DNA of 64,000 nt from Eledone cirrhosa (lineage: Eukaryota). Positions 1-13,716 of this stretch are shown here, piece after piece (within the stretch, counting starts at the first letter, position 1; every line of letters starts with the position of its first letter). Under the pieces are notes generated by a model. It ran no database searches. It saw only the letters and a list, made by a program, of their open reading frames with translations, and was not told the origin of the DNA. A program made the position numbers and the translations under genes. Location of the stretch: the NCBI GenBank assembly GCA_964016885.1, contig OZ024740.1:271870001-271934000 (forward strand), written 5' to 3'.

Positions 1-1004
1 CTGTCTTTTTCCATTACTGTTTAGTCAGTGAGGGAAGGTCAGTGCCTATAACTCATTATTTTTTTAGGTACTCTAAGACTGGTTGTAGGAAGAAAGAAAG
101 TTATTCTCAAATGGGTGATCTGGCTTGAATGCTTGCAACAGAGTGGGCTCTGCTAAAGGCTCCCAAGAATCAGTAGGTTATGTTCAACTGAACAATGGAT
201 TAAGTCAACAACATAAGAATGGAAAGAGCTGGGACAAATATCAAAAGGCGTCTCAATCGATGCTTTAACTGTTCCACCAATACGCTTCTCTGGACTGGTA
301 CCTTATTTTATTGGCCCTGAAAGGATGGGAAATGAAGTTGGCTTTAGCAGGATTTGAACACAGAACATAGGGTCAGAACAAATTAGATAAGAAAGGCCAT
401 GTTGGATAATGTAGTATAAGTAATAAAACAAAAAATATTGGTTGGTCATAGTAGGAATCAGGGCTGATCTGGGGTGAAATAACAACAACCTACTGGAGAT
501 ACTAATTATAACTATTCTGGGTCATATAGAATTACGTATATTGGTAATGGAAACAACTACCATATATACTCAAATATAAGCCAAGGAATATGTGACCCAA
601 AAACTGATTGTAGATGGCGGGGGTCAGCTTTTATTCGGCATCAATATTTTGACGATTTTCACCAACTTCAAATTCTATGTAAATAAGGTTTGGCTTTTTT
701 TCTCAGACATAAAATAGTGGGGTCAGCTTTTATTTATATTGGCTTATATTCGAGTATATATGGTAAATGCTAATGTCAGGTTGTAAACTATTGCTTTCTC
801 AGATGGTTGTTTGGTACTTTATTTACTTGCCTATCTGTGCTGAAAGGAAAACATACAATTAGTTGTTTCAAGGGAGCATGGGTTGTAGTAGTATTGGTCA
901 AAGCAAACTGCTTGCCAAGTAAGTTAATAATAGAAGTGTATATGAAGGCATATACAATATGTTTATGCATAATAAATATATATAAGTTTCATTATAACTG
1001 TTCT

Positions 1005-1442
1005 GAAGGCGCATGGCTTAGTGGTTAGAGCATTGGGCTTGCAATCGAAAGGTTGTGAGTTCAATTTTTGGACCAGGTGATGTGTTGTTTCCTTGAGCAA
1101 GACACTTTATTTCACATTGCTCCAGTTTACTCAGCTGTAGAAATGAGATGATAGGACTGGGGTCCCTATCATTCCACTGCAAAGTGGTCGTGGAGGTGCC
1201 ATGGCAAAAAAGCACCCAGCTCATACTGTAAAGTGGATGTGTAGGCGCCACGGAAAAAAAGCACCCAGCATCATTGTAAATGAGGTTGGTGTTAGGAAGG
1301 GCATCCAGCTGTAGAAATCAAGCCAGAATCAGTTCCCGTATGAGCAAGACATGGTCAGCTGACCGGACACTGCCCACAACAGGACAACCCGTCTAACCCA
1401 TGCTAGCGTGGAAGAACGGACGTAAAATGGTGATGATGATGA
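1005..1442 (+). mobile_element. tRNA-derived CORE-type SINE with RTE family-1 3' tail
   Basis: A box TGGCTTAGTGG, B-box-like GAGTTCAATT, CORE-like CCTTGAGCAAGACACTTTA..CAGCTGTAGAAATGAG; last ~260 nt match the LINE 3' UTR; (GAT)n tail; possible TSD TGTTCT. Confidence 0.88.
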
Positions 1443-2039
1443 TGTTCTAAGCTGTGGTGTCACAGCTATCTCAGTAGCCGAGTGAGAATGCCAGACTCTA
1501 GAGTTTCAGAATTTTTTAATCCATCATCAGTGATGTTTTCTCACTTGGGACAGAGATAAGAATAAGCTATAGCTTATATGTTCTTTGCATATAAAACATC
1601 TGGAAAAGTTCATTTGCATTTAGTGCATGTCTAACTTGGCTAGGATTAATTAGCAGTAGCTCTAGCATAGCCTGATTCATAAGAGAATTATATCTTAAAG
1701 CATATATAATATATTTATGTAAAATAAACATATATGTCTCGCTATGAATATTCTAAAGCTATCTCAGTTGCCATGTGAGAATGCCAGACACCAGTGTTTC
1801 AGGATTTTTAAATCCATCCTCAGTGATGTTTACTCACTCAGTACTGAGAAAAGAATAAACTATAGCTTAGCAGATGTTTTATATGCAAAAAGTATATAAG
1901 CTTATTAAAACATTCTGAAACAACTAAAAAACATTCATAGTGAAACCTATATATGTTTATTAAACATAAACATATCATATATACCTACACATACACCTCT
2001 ATTACAAATCATGTTATGTTAGTGCTGCTGTTAAATGGG

Positions 2040-2690
2040 ACAATGGTTACAGGGTATTAATGTATGAGGGACTATTCAATTTATTTTTATTTCTGAATCC
2101 AGTGTTGGAAGGTAGGAGGCTGAATTAAATGCAAGAATTGCTGGAGCTGGTGCAGTGATGCACCAACTTTAGCATTCGGTAATCAGAAGAAGGGAGGTAG
2201 GTGTAAAAGCCAAACTCGCTATCTTTAATTCGGTATTCATGCCATTCCTTACCTATGGTCATGAATCTTGGGTAATGACCCAAAGAATATGATCACAAAT
2301 ACAAGCAGCTGAAATGGGGTTCCTTCAAAGGGTCTTTGGAGTAAAGCTACTTGATTGAGTGCGTAGCTTGGAGATCAGAGAGTCACCCCAAGTAGAGCTG
2401 CTTCTCCGAATTGAGAGACCACAGCTCTGATATGGGCATGTGGTTAGAATGTCTCAGGTAACAATCGCTGGACAGATTTTACGGGCAAAACCAACCAGCA
2501 GGAGACCCAGGGTTAGACCCCAAGCAAGATGGTTGAAATAACATCCATGAGCTCCATTTAGTCTTGCTTAGGGATCCAGCCGGATCAGTTGGCAGCAGTT
2601 GCTTCTGACAGGACCTGCTGGAAGGAGTGTTTAAGCACTCTGTTCCCATGAACCGCTCAGAAATAAGTAGGCGAATAAGAAAAAGAAGAG
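2040..2690 (+). mobile_element. Third RTE family 3' fragment with (GAA)n tail; shorter copies ~9083-9418 and ~34111-34335
   Basis: LTYGHESWVMT..QAAEMGFL..YGHVVRMS..GRP.ARWLDNI with stops; three homologous copies. Confidence 0.8.
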
Positions 2691-2964
2691 AAAAATCTAG
2701 TGTAGAAGTAGCAGGGTATTAAGTACTGACACCTCAGTTAGCAATGTTGCACCCAATTGACTTAGCTGACTGTGAGTCTTTAAAAGTAATATTTGTAACT
2801 AATTTGCATGTTGGAACAATTCTACTAACTAGTTTTCCCATTGTGTATTGTGTAGATATATGTAAGAATTTAAGGTCAGCACTGCAGGCTGACAAAACAC
2901 TAATCGATTTTATGGTTCTTTTTGATCTGTTTTCATATATTATGAATAAATTTTTTTTTTTTAG

Positions 2965-3092
2965 ATCTTCACTCTCTCATCGCTCATACAAACGAAACAT
3001 CGATAGGTCCAGCTTCCATCATAAGTGTTATCATTGTGGCAAATCTTTTCAGAAACCAAGTCAAGTGGAACGACATATTCGTATTCACACAG
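2965..3092 (+). CDS. ZNF236: ZNF236-like exon w1 (finger [16 protein letters not shown])
   Basis: poly-T + AG acceptor, G|GTAAG donor; phase 2 to 1. Confidence 0.9.
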
Positions 3093-3917
3093 GTAAGTTA
3101 AGTTACCTGATATTACTACCATTTTTTGATGGAAGCAAACATTCATCTTTTTACTTAAGAGCAAATGTGGTAAAACAAATCCTAAATCCATACAAACTGT
3201 ATAAAAAGGTGCAGGGCGGTCAAAGTTGATGGAAGCTATGGAGTAGGAAGACCTAAAAAGACTTGGGATGAAGTGATAAAAGCTGACCTTGTATAATTGC
3301 ATCTCTCAGGAGCAAGATCTTTGGTGTTATGCACTAAAAAAAGAAGACCCACATTCCCATGTGCACTGGTTGTTGAAGCATACATCTAGTATGCACCACC
3401 TAACCCCTATCCTCCCTCCTCCTTCCATACACTTCACCCACATCTTAATCACCCAACCTTTCCCCCATGCCTTTACACCCTCACCACTATGCCAGTCCCT
3501 AGTCCACACTGTAATGTGGTTGTATTGGTCTCCCGACAAAAAGCACTCAGTCCATACTGTAAATGTGGTTGGCATTAGGAAGGGCATCTAGCTGTAGAAA
3601 CCAAGCCGGAAACAGTTCTGTATGAGCATGACACGGCCACCTAACCTGACTTGCTTCAAATGGGACAACCCGTTTAACCCATGTGTGGAAAATGGATGTT
3701 AAATGATGATGATGATGATGACAATGAAAATACAAACTCCAAAAAATAAAAATCTTTCAAAGAAGAATTTTTTAAAGGGCTATGGGGAGAAAAGAAGTGT
3801 TGCTTTCATATTGATGTTTATTTATTGATGAAACCTACTAGAACATAGATATATTAATAAAACTAATTTTTATTTTGATATTATCCAGTTGACACTTGAA
3901 ACACTTGCTAGTGTTTA

Positions 3918-4152
3918 TCCTATCGTTTTATGTCTGTTTTTCTTCACTTGCATCGGTTAGATGGTTCCTTTCCAGCACATCTTCTTTCCACTCAACATGT
4001 TCCTTCGTCATCCCCTCTGTGAGTCTCAGCAATTTGAGATCAGCTCTCACCATCTCCGCCCAGGTCTTCCTTGGCCTACCTTTACTGTAGCTTCCTTCTA
4101 CTGGGATTTTCTGGCACTTTTTCACCCAGTGATCATCATCCATATGCAGTAT
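3918..4152 (-). mobile_element. Older RTE family-2-like 3' fragment
   Basis: KKCQKIPVEG..GRPRKTWAEMVRADL..LTDASEEKQT*. Confidence 0.8.
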
Positions 4153-6557
4153 ATGTTTTATAGAGGTAAAATGCAAGCCCTACACCTAACTTTTATCTTG
4201 AAGAGGTGGACTTTTTGTCATGGGAATATTAGAACTAAGCGCTGTTAGCTACTTAAATATACATAAAGAAGGTACTCTGGAGATTTGTTCAACCTATACT
4301 GACATAACATAGAAAAAGCATTCAATTTAATTTTTTTTTCTTTTTCTTATCATTTATTTCACGAGCCGTGTATAAATTTGAAATATAAAAAAGTTGCATG
4401 AAAGGAAAAAGTATGACTCACTATTTACAAAGAAGAGATTAAAAAGTTCTTAGGAGTGGAATGAAGTTGTTCATCATTGAGGATGTGCTAATTAGACTAG
4501 GGATGCTATCGAGGAGGATTATAATTTAAAAAAAAAACTATTGGCCTGTAAGCAGAGCACTTTATGCAAAGTCATTTTTTATTTTATTTACAAATTTAGA
4601 AATGTTTTTTTAATGTTACTAAAAATGGTAGGTTTTTACCAGAAACAGCATCTTTTTTTAATATTTTTATTTTTTTAACATTTTTGGAGTCTGGAAGTGT
4701 TGCATCTTTGCACACAAAATGATTCCAGACAATTGGTCCACGATAGGGATAGTTGAATTTATTAAATTTTGTTATGTCATAACTATAACTGCTGAAGCAT
4801 GGAACAAACTACCTGCATCAATTGTTAGCTGTCGAAACACTGCATCCTTTAAAACCTCCATGCTTCCTGAAATTTGTCAACACTACACCTAATATTCCCC
4901 CTCCATACACACATGTATATCATGACTCATACACTATTCACTTCCCTGACATTTGTATATTATTCTATGTACTATACATGCACATTTGATGAGTTGTAGT
5001 GCACCTGAGCACTTTACACAATAATTTCATTATTATTATTACATTTGAATGTTGCCTGAGAATACTTTGTCAGATATTTGTGAATATTCTTTATAATTTT
5101 TTTTCTAAATAGACACAGAGCTAATATTTGGAAGGGAGATAAGACTGATAGATTGGATCAGATACATGTAGATACACCTTTCTATCCTTATTATATTGAA
5201 CCCGTAGAAAATATAAATTATATATTTTATGTTCTCTTTCATTTTCTATTTACAATCAGGAAAGCATCTACTAGCTTAAGATTTTTTTTTTAGCACAAGG
5301 TGCCATGCCATAGGATTGAACTTCTTATCAACTGGGTCTATGATAATTCAATAAGGTTAAACAGCAAGTGTATATACTGCTGAAACTTTGTAATTTAGGG
5401 ATTTAAAGGTTGACTTTTTGAATTACAGGTACAGGTCATCTACAATTTTCATGTACCCAATTTCACCCAAAAGCCTCGTCCTGAGGCTATGGTAAATGAT
5501 ACTTGCCAAAGATGCTACACATCATCACCATTTAATGTCTGTTTTCCATGCTAGCATGGGTTAGACATGTCCCATTGTGAGACAAATCAGATCAGGTGAC
5601 CACGTCTTGCTCATACAGAACTGTTGCTGGTTTGGTTTCTACAGCTGGATGTTCTTCCTAACACCAACAACATTTACAGCATGGACTGGGTGCTTTTGAT
5701 CATGGCACTAAAGGTGCTTTGTGAGATCAAATTAGAAACCTAATGATTGCAAAGCAAATTCCTTAGTCATTCAGCCATACTGTATTTACATTATGTTATG
5801 AAAGTTGTGGAAAGTCATCATCATCAAGGCATGCTTATTGCAGATCACTATGCCTCGTTCACTCCAGTCTGTTCAGTCTGCCACTGCTTGTGGTAGATCT
5901 TCTCAGGTGAACTCATAATCTTTGCACAGTTGCTTTTTGTAAGTTTGATGTGGTCTTCCAACATTTATGTATCCATGCTTCGGTTCCCAAAGAAGAATGT
6001 TACTGATGATCTCATCCTTTGCTCTCTAGCAATGTCCAGCAAATCTTTTGGAAAGAGTTATTGCAAAATTGACCATAGACTGCTTCTTATGCGGTTATCT
6101 GTTCAATCTCCTACCAACATCCACATGTAGCAATCATTTTTTCTCTCTTTTATTACTCTTTTTCTTACCATCCCATATCCCCACTTCCTTCTCTTAGTTA
6201 TTTCTCCCTTTAGACATATTTGCCTTGAAGGAATGGAGATTACATGGAGTAGATACTTTAGCCTTGCAGGGGATAAGGTGACTTCTCTTAGTGTTGGTGC
6301 CATGATAAAATGCACTCAGTACACTCAGTTAAATGGCTGGGGATTGAATAGTAACAATGTGGGGTAGAGACAAGAGTGAAACATATGAGCAAGACATGGT
6401 TCCCTAACCCATCTTAGAGAACAATAACTCAAATTAAATCCTGATTTTGCATATAACAATTTGTTCAACCCATGCCAACATGGACATAAAATGAGGATGA
6501 TATATTTGAACTACTGATATAAACTGTTATATAAACTAAATATTTTCTCATTTACAG

Positions 6558-6715
6558 GTGAACGCCCATTCAAATGTTCAATGTGCGAGAAATCTTTTAA
6601 TCAGAAGGGTGCACTTCAAATTCACATGACTAAACATACTGGGGAAAGACCTCATACCTGTGAATTTTGTTCTGCAACTTTCTCTCAGAAAGGAAATTTG
6701 CGGGCTCACATACAG
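6558..6715 (+). CDS. ZNF236: ZNF236-like exon w2 (2 fingers)
   Basis: tttacag|GT GAA CGC CCA; encodes [30 protein letters not shown]; GTGAG donor. Confidence 0.93.
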
Positions 6716-7651
6716 GTGAGATAAATTGATTTTGAATGGGAATACTTTTCTGTTAAAAAACAAAACCAAATAAAAGAAAAATCCTTGTTATTGTTGATTC
6801 TTAGACATAGTAACTTCTCTTCTTGTCTCAGTCAAACAAGTTCTGTTGAAAGATGTATGAATATGTGTATGAGGTTAGGCTGATAGGTTCATAGGCTGAC
6901 TATGAAGGAGTGATGCTAGTGCTGTGAAATCTTGCATGCATTAATTTCAACTCTTATGAATTGTTTCTTTCCAGGGACTATATTGAAAAATAAACCTCAT
7001 TTGTCATTCCATGAGAGTATCTTGGTCAGCCTATGAACTTTTCAGCCAACCCTTGTATGTGTACATGCATGCACATGTATAGTGTTATAATTAGAATTCG
7101 ACATAACTCCACACTAACAGTGGTTTCAAGACGAAAACACGTCTAAATTATCAGGTGTATTGAAGAAAAGTAAAACAAGATGGAGAATGGAGTTTGAGAC
7201 AATGAAAAGAAGAGAATTGTCATCTCCCTGAATACACCCCATCATTTCCCTCACTGGTCCTAGTAATAAATATAAATGTAATAAATTTTCATAGACCACC
7301 TAATGTCATGGGTTCAATTCCTGGGTTGTGTGTTGTGTTCTTGAGCAAAATACTTAATTTCACGTTGCTCCAGCTGAAAAGGAGTACCAGCAATAGCTGT
7401 TTCTTATTGGCGTCCTGTCCGGGTGGGGGTGGAGTCTTGTACTCTCAGTCGCTTCATGCCATGAAACCGGGATAAGCACTGGCCTAATAAGCCTTAACTG
7501 GCTTAAGACAGACTTTAGACCTAAGAGGGGAGATAAGAATTTGAAAGGATATGGTATTCTAATTAAAAACAAAATTGACAGTTACACTCTCATATATAAT
7601 TAATATTTTTTTTTATTTTATGATTAAAGCTGTATCTTCAATTTCTTTCAG

Positions 7652-7771
7652 CGCGTCCATTCTTTGACTAAAGATTCTGACAGTCCTAATTTCCAGTGTG
7701 AAGAATGTAGCTGTGTCTTCCGAAAACTTGGTAGTTTAAATGCTCATATAAGTCGTTCTCATTCTGAAACT
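7652..7771 (+). CDS. ZNF236: ZNF236-like exon w3 (1 finger)
   Basis: ctttcag|CGC GTC CAT completes the previous finger; [22 protein letters not shown]; GTGAGT donor; 120 nt. Confidence 0.92.
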
Positions 7772-9742
7772 GTGAGTAATTATTTTAGTTTATTTTACTT
7801 TTATTTTGTAGTGAATGGCTCTATTTTTCTATTTGAAAGCTGCTCGATTTGTGAGAATACAAAATTGCAAGAATTGTAATTTTTTGACAACCTAAAATTG
7901 TAGAAACAATAGAAAAATAATGATTTTTTAAAATACAGGCATTGAAAGAATGAAGAAAATATAATTGTGGAGTGGTGTCAGTGGTAACAGAAGCAGGGCA
8001 TACATAATCATCATCATCATCATTGTCATCGTCATTTTTAATGTCTGCTTTCCCTGTTAGCAAGGGTTGGATGGGTCCATATGAACTAAGTCAGTACTGA
8101 AGTGGAGCCATAGATTTTCCAGGCATGCCAGGGACATGTGTCTCGCTTATGTATGGTTTCTCATTCCATCGAGTGCACAGGAGAGGTTAAGGCCATACAT
8201 TTTAGGAGAGGAAATGGTTGATTTCATCAAGCCCAGTACTTATTTTATTGACTCCTTGATGGATGAAAGGGAGCAATGAAAAAAAAGGAAAAATTAATTG
8301 TTTTGTAAATCATTTTCATTAAAATATAAAAACAATGTCTTGTTATACATAGCATTTGCAATGAATATAAAGCTAAGAGAGGGTTCCTAAACTTTACAGA
8401 TATCAAGGCTTTAAAAGAAAGGATGAGATTTATTGAAACAGAGTTGAGTTATGCAAAATCATCAAGAAGCTGATTATTATTTCGTACCACAAATAACATC
8501 TAAATAATGTGAAGTTAAAATGGTTAATAACTCTCTATTTACTTCTAAAATATGTATGAATGAATTTAATACTGAACAGCTGTGAGGTTAAGATGGAGAC
8601 AGTTGTCTACATTGTCACAAGCTCACATTTTGTGATATAATCATGTCCATCATCGTACATATAGACTTTTATATCTGAGTTAACTTATTTGAAAAATAGC
8701 AGGAAGGGCATCCAGCTGTAGAAACCAAACCAAAATCAGTTCTGTATGAGTAAGACATGGTCATCTGATCTGGCTGGTCTCACAATGGAACAACTCATCT
8801 AACCCATGCTAGCATGGAAAAATGGATGTTAAACGGTGATGATGATAATGATGTCAGTTAAATTGACATTAAGAAAAGCTTACAGTTGTAAAAAATATAT
8901 GACAAGAAAAGCATTTAGCCAGTAGGCACTGTCTTAGAAAAGCTCTCCAACCCATGCAAGCATGGAAAAAAATACGTAATATGATGATGATGATGATGAT
9001 GTGAAATTTTAAAGCTATTTGATTTAATGTAGTTTGAACACTGAACTATAAAACTTAACAAAATAAATACATAATATTAAAGTGTATAGCTTAAAGATCA
9101 GAGAGTCACTTCAGGTAGAGCTGCTACTTCTCCAAATTGAGAGATCATAGCTCCGATACTATGGGCATGTCATTAGAATGTCTCAGGAAAGAATCGCTGG
9201 ACAGATTTTATGGGCAAAACCAACTGGCAAGAGATCCAGGGGTAGACCCCGGGCAAGATGGTTGGATAACATCTATAAGTTTGGCTGGTCTCGCTTGGGG
9301 ATCCAACTGGATCTGTTGGAGACGGTTGCTTCTGACAGGACCCGCTGGATGGAGTGTTTGAGGACTCTGCCCCCATGACCCTCTCAGGAATAAGTGGGTG
9401 AAGAAGAAGAAGAAGAAGTATGTTTAGAAACATGAGTAAAGTTTGAAATTGAAATAGAAATAGGTGTCACTGTAACATTTTGACTAAATAACGGGGTATA
9501 TAAAGCCACTGAACAGAAAACGATGGGTATCAACTGGTACCCATCTTTCTCTGTTTGGTGGATATATATGCCCTATTCATCATCATCATCGTTTAATGTC
9601 CATGTTCCACGCTTGTAAGACTATTTAGTCAGAATGTTACAGCAAAGCTTTTTATTTCAATGATTTTATTAAAAACATCCCGAAATACTTTCTTGTAACT
9701 TTCTGTGAATAATAGTATATGGGTTGTTTTCTAACATTGCAG

Positions 9743-9850
9743 GAATTAAATACCAAAGAAGGTGTGCAACATGGTGATGATAGTGATAAAATGCTCCACG
9801 AAATTCTTGAACAGTCTGTGCAGTCAGACAACAAAGAATTAATTGGTCAG
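9743..9850 (+). CDS. ZNF236: ZNF236-like exon w4 (linker)
   Basis: ttgcag| ... CAG|GTAAG, 108 nt, open, phase 0-0. Confidence 0.8.
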
Positions 9851-9883
9851 GTAAGATTGGATTTTACTTATCTCCATTTAGTG

Positions 9884-10255
9884 CAGAGTTCTCAAAGTGG
9901 GTGCTACCCCACCCTGGTCGGGGTGGGGGTGAGAAGGTCCAAGGGCACTGGGGCCTAAGGAGGCAGTGGGGGCAGTAGAGATGATATAATAGTATATTAA
10001 ATATCAAATGATACATATTATATATAAATGTAGTAAAATAAAAAATATATAATATTTATTTATACATAGTATATATTATTTATTATATTATATATAAATT
10101 AAAATATATTCTGGATGCAGTCCTGCACTCCTTTCTTTATTATAGTTTAGATTTACAATTTGCATATAGCCTGGTCTCTCTGGAAATAGGGTGGGGGTAG
10201 TGAGGGTATTACGTGGCCATGAGAGGGGCAGTGGGGCAAAAGTTTGAGAACTTTG
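9884..10255. mobile_element. hAT-type MITE (uninterrupted relative of 18732-20170)
   Basis: CAGAGTTCTCAAA..TTTGAGAACTTTG, imperfect 8-bp TSD ATTTAG(TG/CA). Confidence 0.75.
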
Positions 10256-10969
10256 ATTTAGCAGAATTGATGCAATTGTATTAAGGATCCACTGACAATA
10301 CAAAATTCCCTTTAGTGGTGTTGCTCATGTAGGATTTTGACATTTTATTATGTCACCAGTGCTTAGGGAGATTGTCATGTCTGTTTGACAGGTTTTTTTT
10401 CCAACTGGATTCCATTCCTATCATCAACCATCTTACAGAGTGTACTGGGTGCATTTATAGGGTAAACCACCAACATATTTTATCATGACACCAGCACTTA
10501 AGGAGATTGTGGTGTCTTTGTTTGACAGGTTTTTTTTACAGCTGGATTCCCTTCCTATCACTAACCATCTTACAGAGTATATTGGGTGCATTAATAGGGT
10601 AAATCACCACCACTAGGGTGGTTGTCATGTCTTTGACACAGCTAAAGAGACCTTCAAACTCTATAGGGTTAAACAACATGTGTATATATTTACAAAACTT
10701 TGTAATTTAGAGATTTGAAGGCTGGCCCTTTGAATTACAGGTACAGTCCATCTGATGGACTGTTTTGTTTGATGAGTTTTCTATAGCAGGGTGCTCTTTC
10801 TATCACCAATTACATTACAGAGTGTACTGGGTGTAGTTATAAAGTAAAGTTAGTTGAAGTAATAATCTGCCACTGAAAAATAGAGACAAATGAATTTTTA
10901 CAGAAATGTTTTTTTTACCTCTCCACTCACTATAAATATCATTGTTAAAGTCCACCCTGTATGCTGATC

Positions 10970-11335
10970 TGGCACCACAACAAAAGTACCCAGTCCATCC
11001 TGTAAGGTGACTATGATGGTGACACAAGAAAAAGCATCCAATCCACACTGTAATGTGGTTGTGCTGGTGACATACCAAAAAGCCCCCAGTTCACAGTGTA
11101 AAGTGGTCGTGTTAGTGACATGACAAAAAGCGCCCAGTTCACCCTGTAAGGTGGTCGTTTTGGTGCCATGATAAAAAGCATCCAGTTCACACTGTAACAT
11201 GGTTGATGCTACCTAATCAAAATACAGATCCATATGAGCAAGATGTGGTCATTGGACTTGACTTGTCTCATAACATGGCAACCCATCTAATCCAAGCATG
11301 CATGGAAAATGGATGTTAAACAATGATGATAATGG
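10970..11335 (+). repeat. RTE 3'-UTR-derived element with five ~47-bp subrepeats
   Basis: AAAAGCACCCAGTCCACACTGTAAAGTGGTCGTG-like units followed by the RTE terminal motif; similar array at 63850-64000. Confidence 0.75.
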
Positions 11336-11402
11336 AGATGGTATGTCATAAATTATCTTCAAGATTTTATAAATTTGCTCTTTTTCTTCTTAAATATTTC
11401 AG

Positions 11403-11606
11403 AATGAACCAATGAATGCTGACATTCTGCAGCAAGCTCTTGAAAACAGTGGCCTTCCAAGTGTAAATATTACAGGTGATCAAGAATCGAATGAAGGGGG
11501 TGTTTCTAGTTCTGTTCAAGCTGCAACCTCTACAACACAAGCTATATCTACTATGGCTGTGCATGATGCTGCAACTGGTGCTCCTAAGATGCATACTATT
11601 CGAAAG
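11403..11606 (+). CDS. ZNF236: ZNF236-like exon w5 (linker, DILQQALENSGL)
   Basis: tttcag| ... AAG|GTTTGT, 204 nt, phase 0-0. Confidence 0.87.
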
Positions 11607-12699
11607 GTTTGTACATCTATGAATTACCTAAGCTTTCCTTGTTTCCTCTTTTGTTTTTCTTATAGATAATCAGCCTGCCATTAGCCTTCAATATTTGAAA
11701 TTTTATTTTTATTTTTTTCTTCCCTTTTTATTGATTCTTTTTTATTACCAACTATAAGGAGTACTTAATACTTCCACTAGTCTGTCATGACTTTCTAGCT
11801 CTATACGGACGTTTAAATTGAATAAATAAATAAATAATAAATACCTAAATCTCATCATTATCATCAGCATTTTTTTTTCATAGTAGCATGAGTAGGACGA
11901 GTCTTACTGCTTCCCACTATGACCCTTTACTATTTGCCACACATAACTACAGAAAAAAACTGGACATTTTTTATACACTACACGGGTCAGTTGAAAAGTT
12001 CATAGGCTGATTATGAAGCCGTGATGCTAGAGCTATGAAATCTTGCATGCGTTAATTTCAACTCTTCTTATTGATAACTGCATTGTTTTTTTCCAGAGAC
12101 TATGCTGAAAAATAAACCTCATTTGGTCATTCCATGAGAGTCTCTTGGTCAGCCTATAAAGTTTTCAGATGACCTTCGTAAAGAAGTTGTTTTGAATAAG
12201 ACTAGAAATTCTCCTCTACCTTACATTATTGCCATTATTTATTCCTACCAGTATTATAGTGGGTGCCATTAGACTCTGTGCATCATCATCATCACCTCTA
12301 GTATTAGAGTGGCTGCCACACGCTTATGTCTTTTTCATTTGTTCTTTTATTTTTGACATAGTTTTTACACCAGGATGCCTTTTATCATCCACCATGTTGA
12401 GAGCATGGATTGAGTGCATTTTATTGTGTCACCAGCATTAGAGAACTTGATTGTGGCATGATTAAAGAAAGAGTCAACTTTATCCTGTATAGCTTTTATT
12501 CAAATTTTCTGCTCTTCTTGATATAGATATGACTCTCCAATATGTAGGTAGAAGGGTCTGACTAAAAAGACTGTCACTGTGACAATCTAATGCTTCTTGG
12601 AATAATGGTTTGTCTCACTGATGTGGGCTTGAGGATTGATTACAGTTATAATAATGCTCAGTGTGACACTCCTTGTAAAATGTTCCCTCTATCCAGAAT

Positions 12700-12906
12700 T
12701 ACCGTATATACTCGAATATAAGCTGATGCAAATATAACCCAACTATTTTACGTCTGAGAATTGGGCAAAAATCCAAACCTTAGATATGTAGAATTTGAAG
12801 TTGGTGAAATTTGTCAAAATATTGACCCCAAATGTAAGTTGACCCTCACTTCTACCATTGTTTTTTTGGTCACAAATTCCTCAGCTTATATTTGAATATA
12901 TATGGT
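12700..12906. mobile_element. pogo-like MITE (TIR CCGTATATACTCGAATATAAG); copies ~560-764, ~17132-17334, ~47191-47315, ~58285-58463
   Basis: Dispersed ~205-bp repeat with inverted ends. Confidence 0.78.
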
Positions 12907-13618
12907 AGTATTTATTCAAGTTTTCTGCTCTTTTAGACAGGCTTCTTCAGCTGTAAAACATTGACTCAAAAATTCCTGTCCAAGTCATGCGAGCATGGAA
13001 AAAATCAACTTAAAAATAATGATGATGATGATGATGATGGTGATATTATATATATAATACCGAAACAAAGTCATCGAATAGGGCCGATCGATATACCTTC
13101 GATCCTTTTCCCACTCATTCAATGCTTTAATTAAGTTAGTATCATTAAAATACCAACTAAAAGAAAATAGAGTGTATACTAACTAATACATTAAATAGTG
13201 AGAAATACAATTTTCTGTGAGTAGATAATTTGATTTTCTAGCATTAGTTTCTGCTACTCCATCTGCTGGCGACAGTCCATATGGAACTGGCTTGCACAAA
13301 AATTAGGTAATGCTATTAAGCATTATATAATTGGCTAAGAGCAGCTTTATCAGCAAGGAATTAGCCTCTCTGGAACAGGTTTGCTAAGAACCTACTGCCC
13401 TGGTGTAAATTCGCCATTACAGTAGTAAACTCAACCTTCAGTGTCACGTGACAGTGAAGGGGAGGTAAGCTAGTTCTGCCTATTCTCAGAAAATATGTTG
13501 GCAGATTTTTTTTCAAATTGAAAAAATAAAAAAATAAAAATGGGCCATGAAGCACTCAATAGAAAGCAAAGACAAAATTGCTAACAATTAATTAATAAAA
13601 ATCGAACTATAATAGAAT

Positions 13619-13716
13619 AAAAAGTTAAATTTACAATTTGGATGCGAGTTATACGTGGGAGTTTATATATATATATAAACTCCCAGGTATAACTCGCATC
13701 CAAATTGTAAATTGAA

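Noticed and set aside
1008-1080. tRNA gene
   Set aside because: The tRNA-like A/B boxes are SINE heads fused to CORE and LINE tails in several copies.
1520-1560. Intronic C/D snoRNA pair in the local duplication
   Set aside because: The C box is imperfect (GTGATGT), the D box is not conserved in both copies, and there is no terminal stem.
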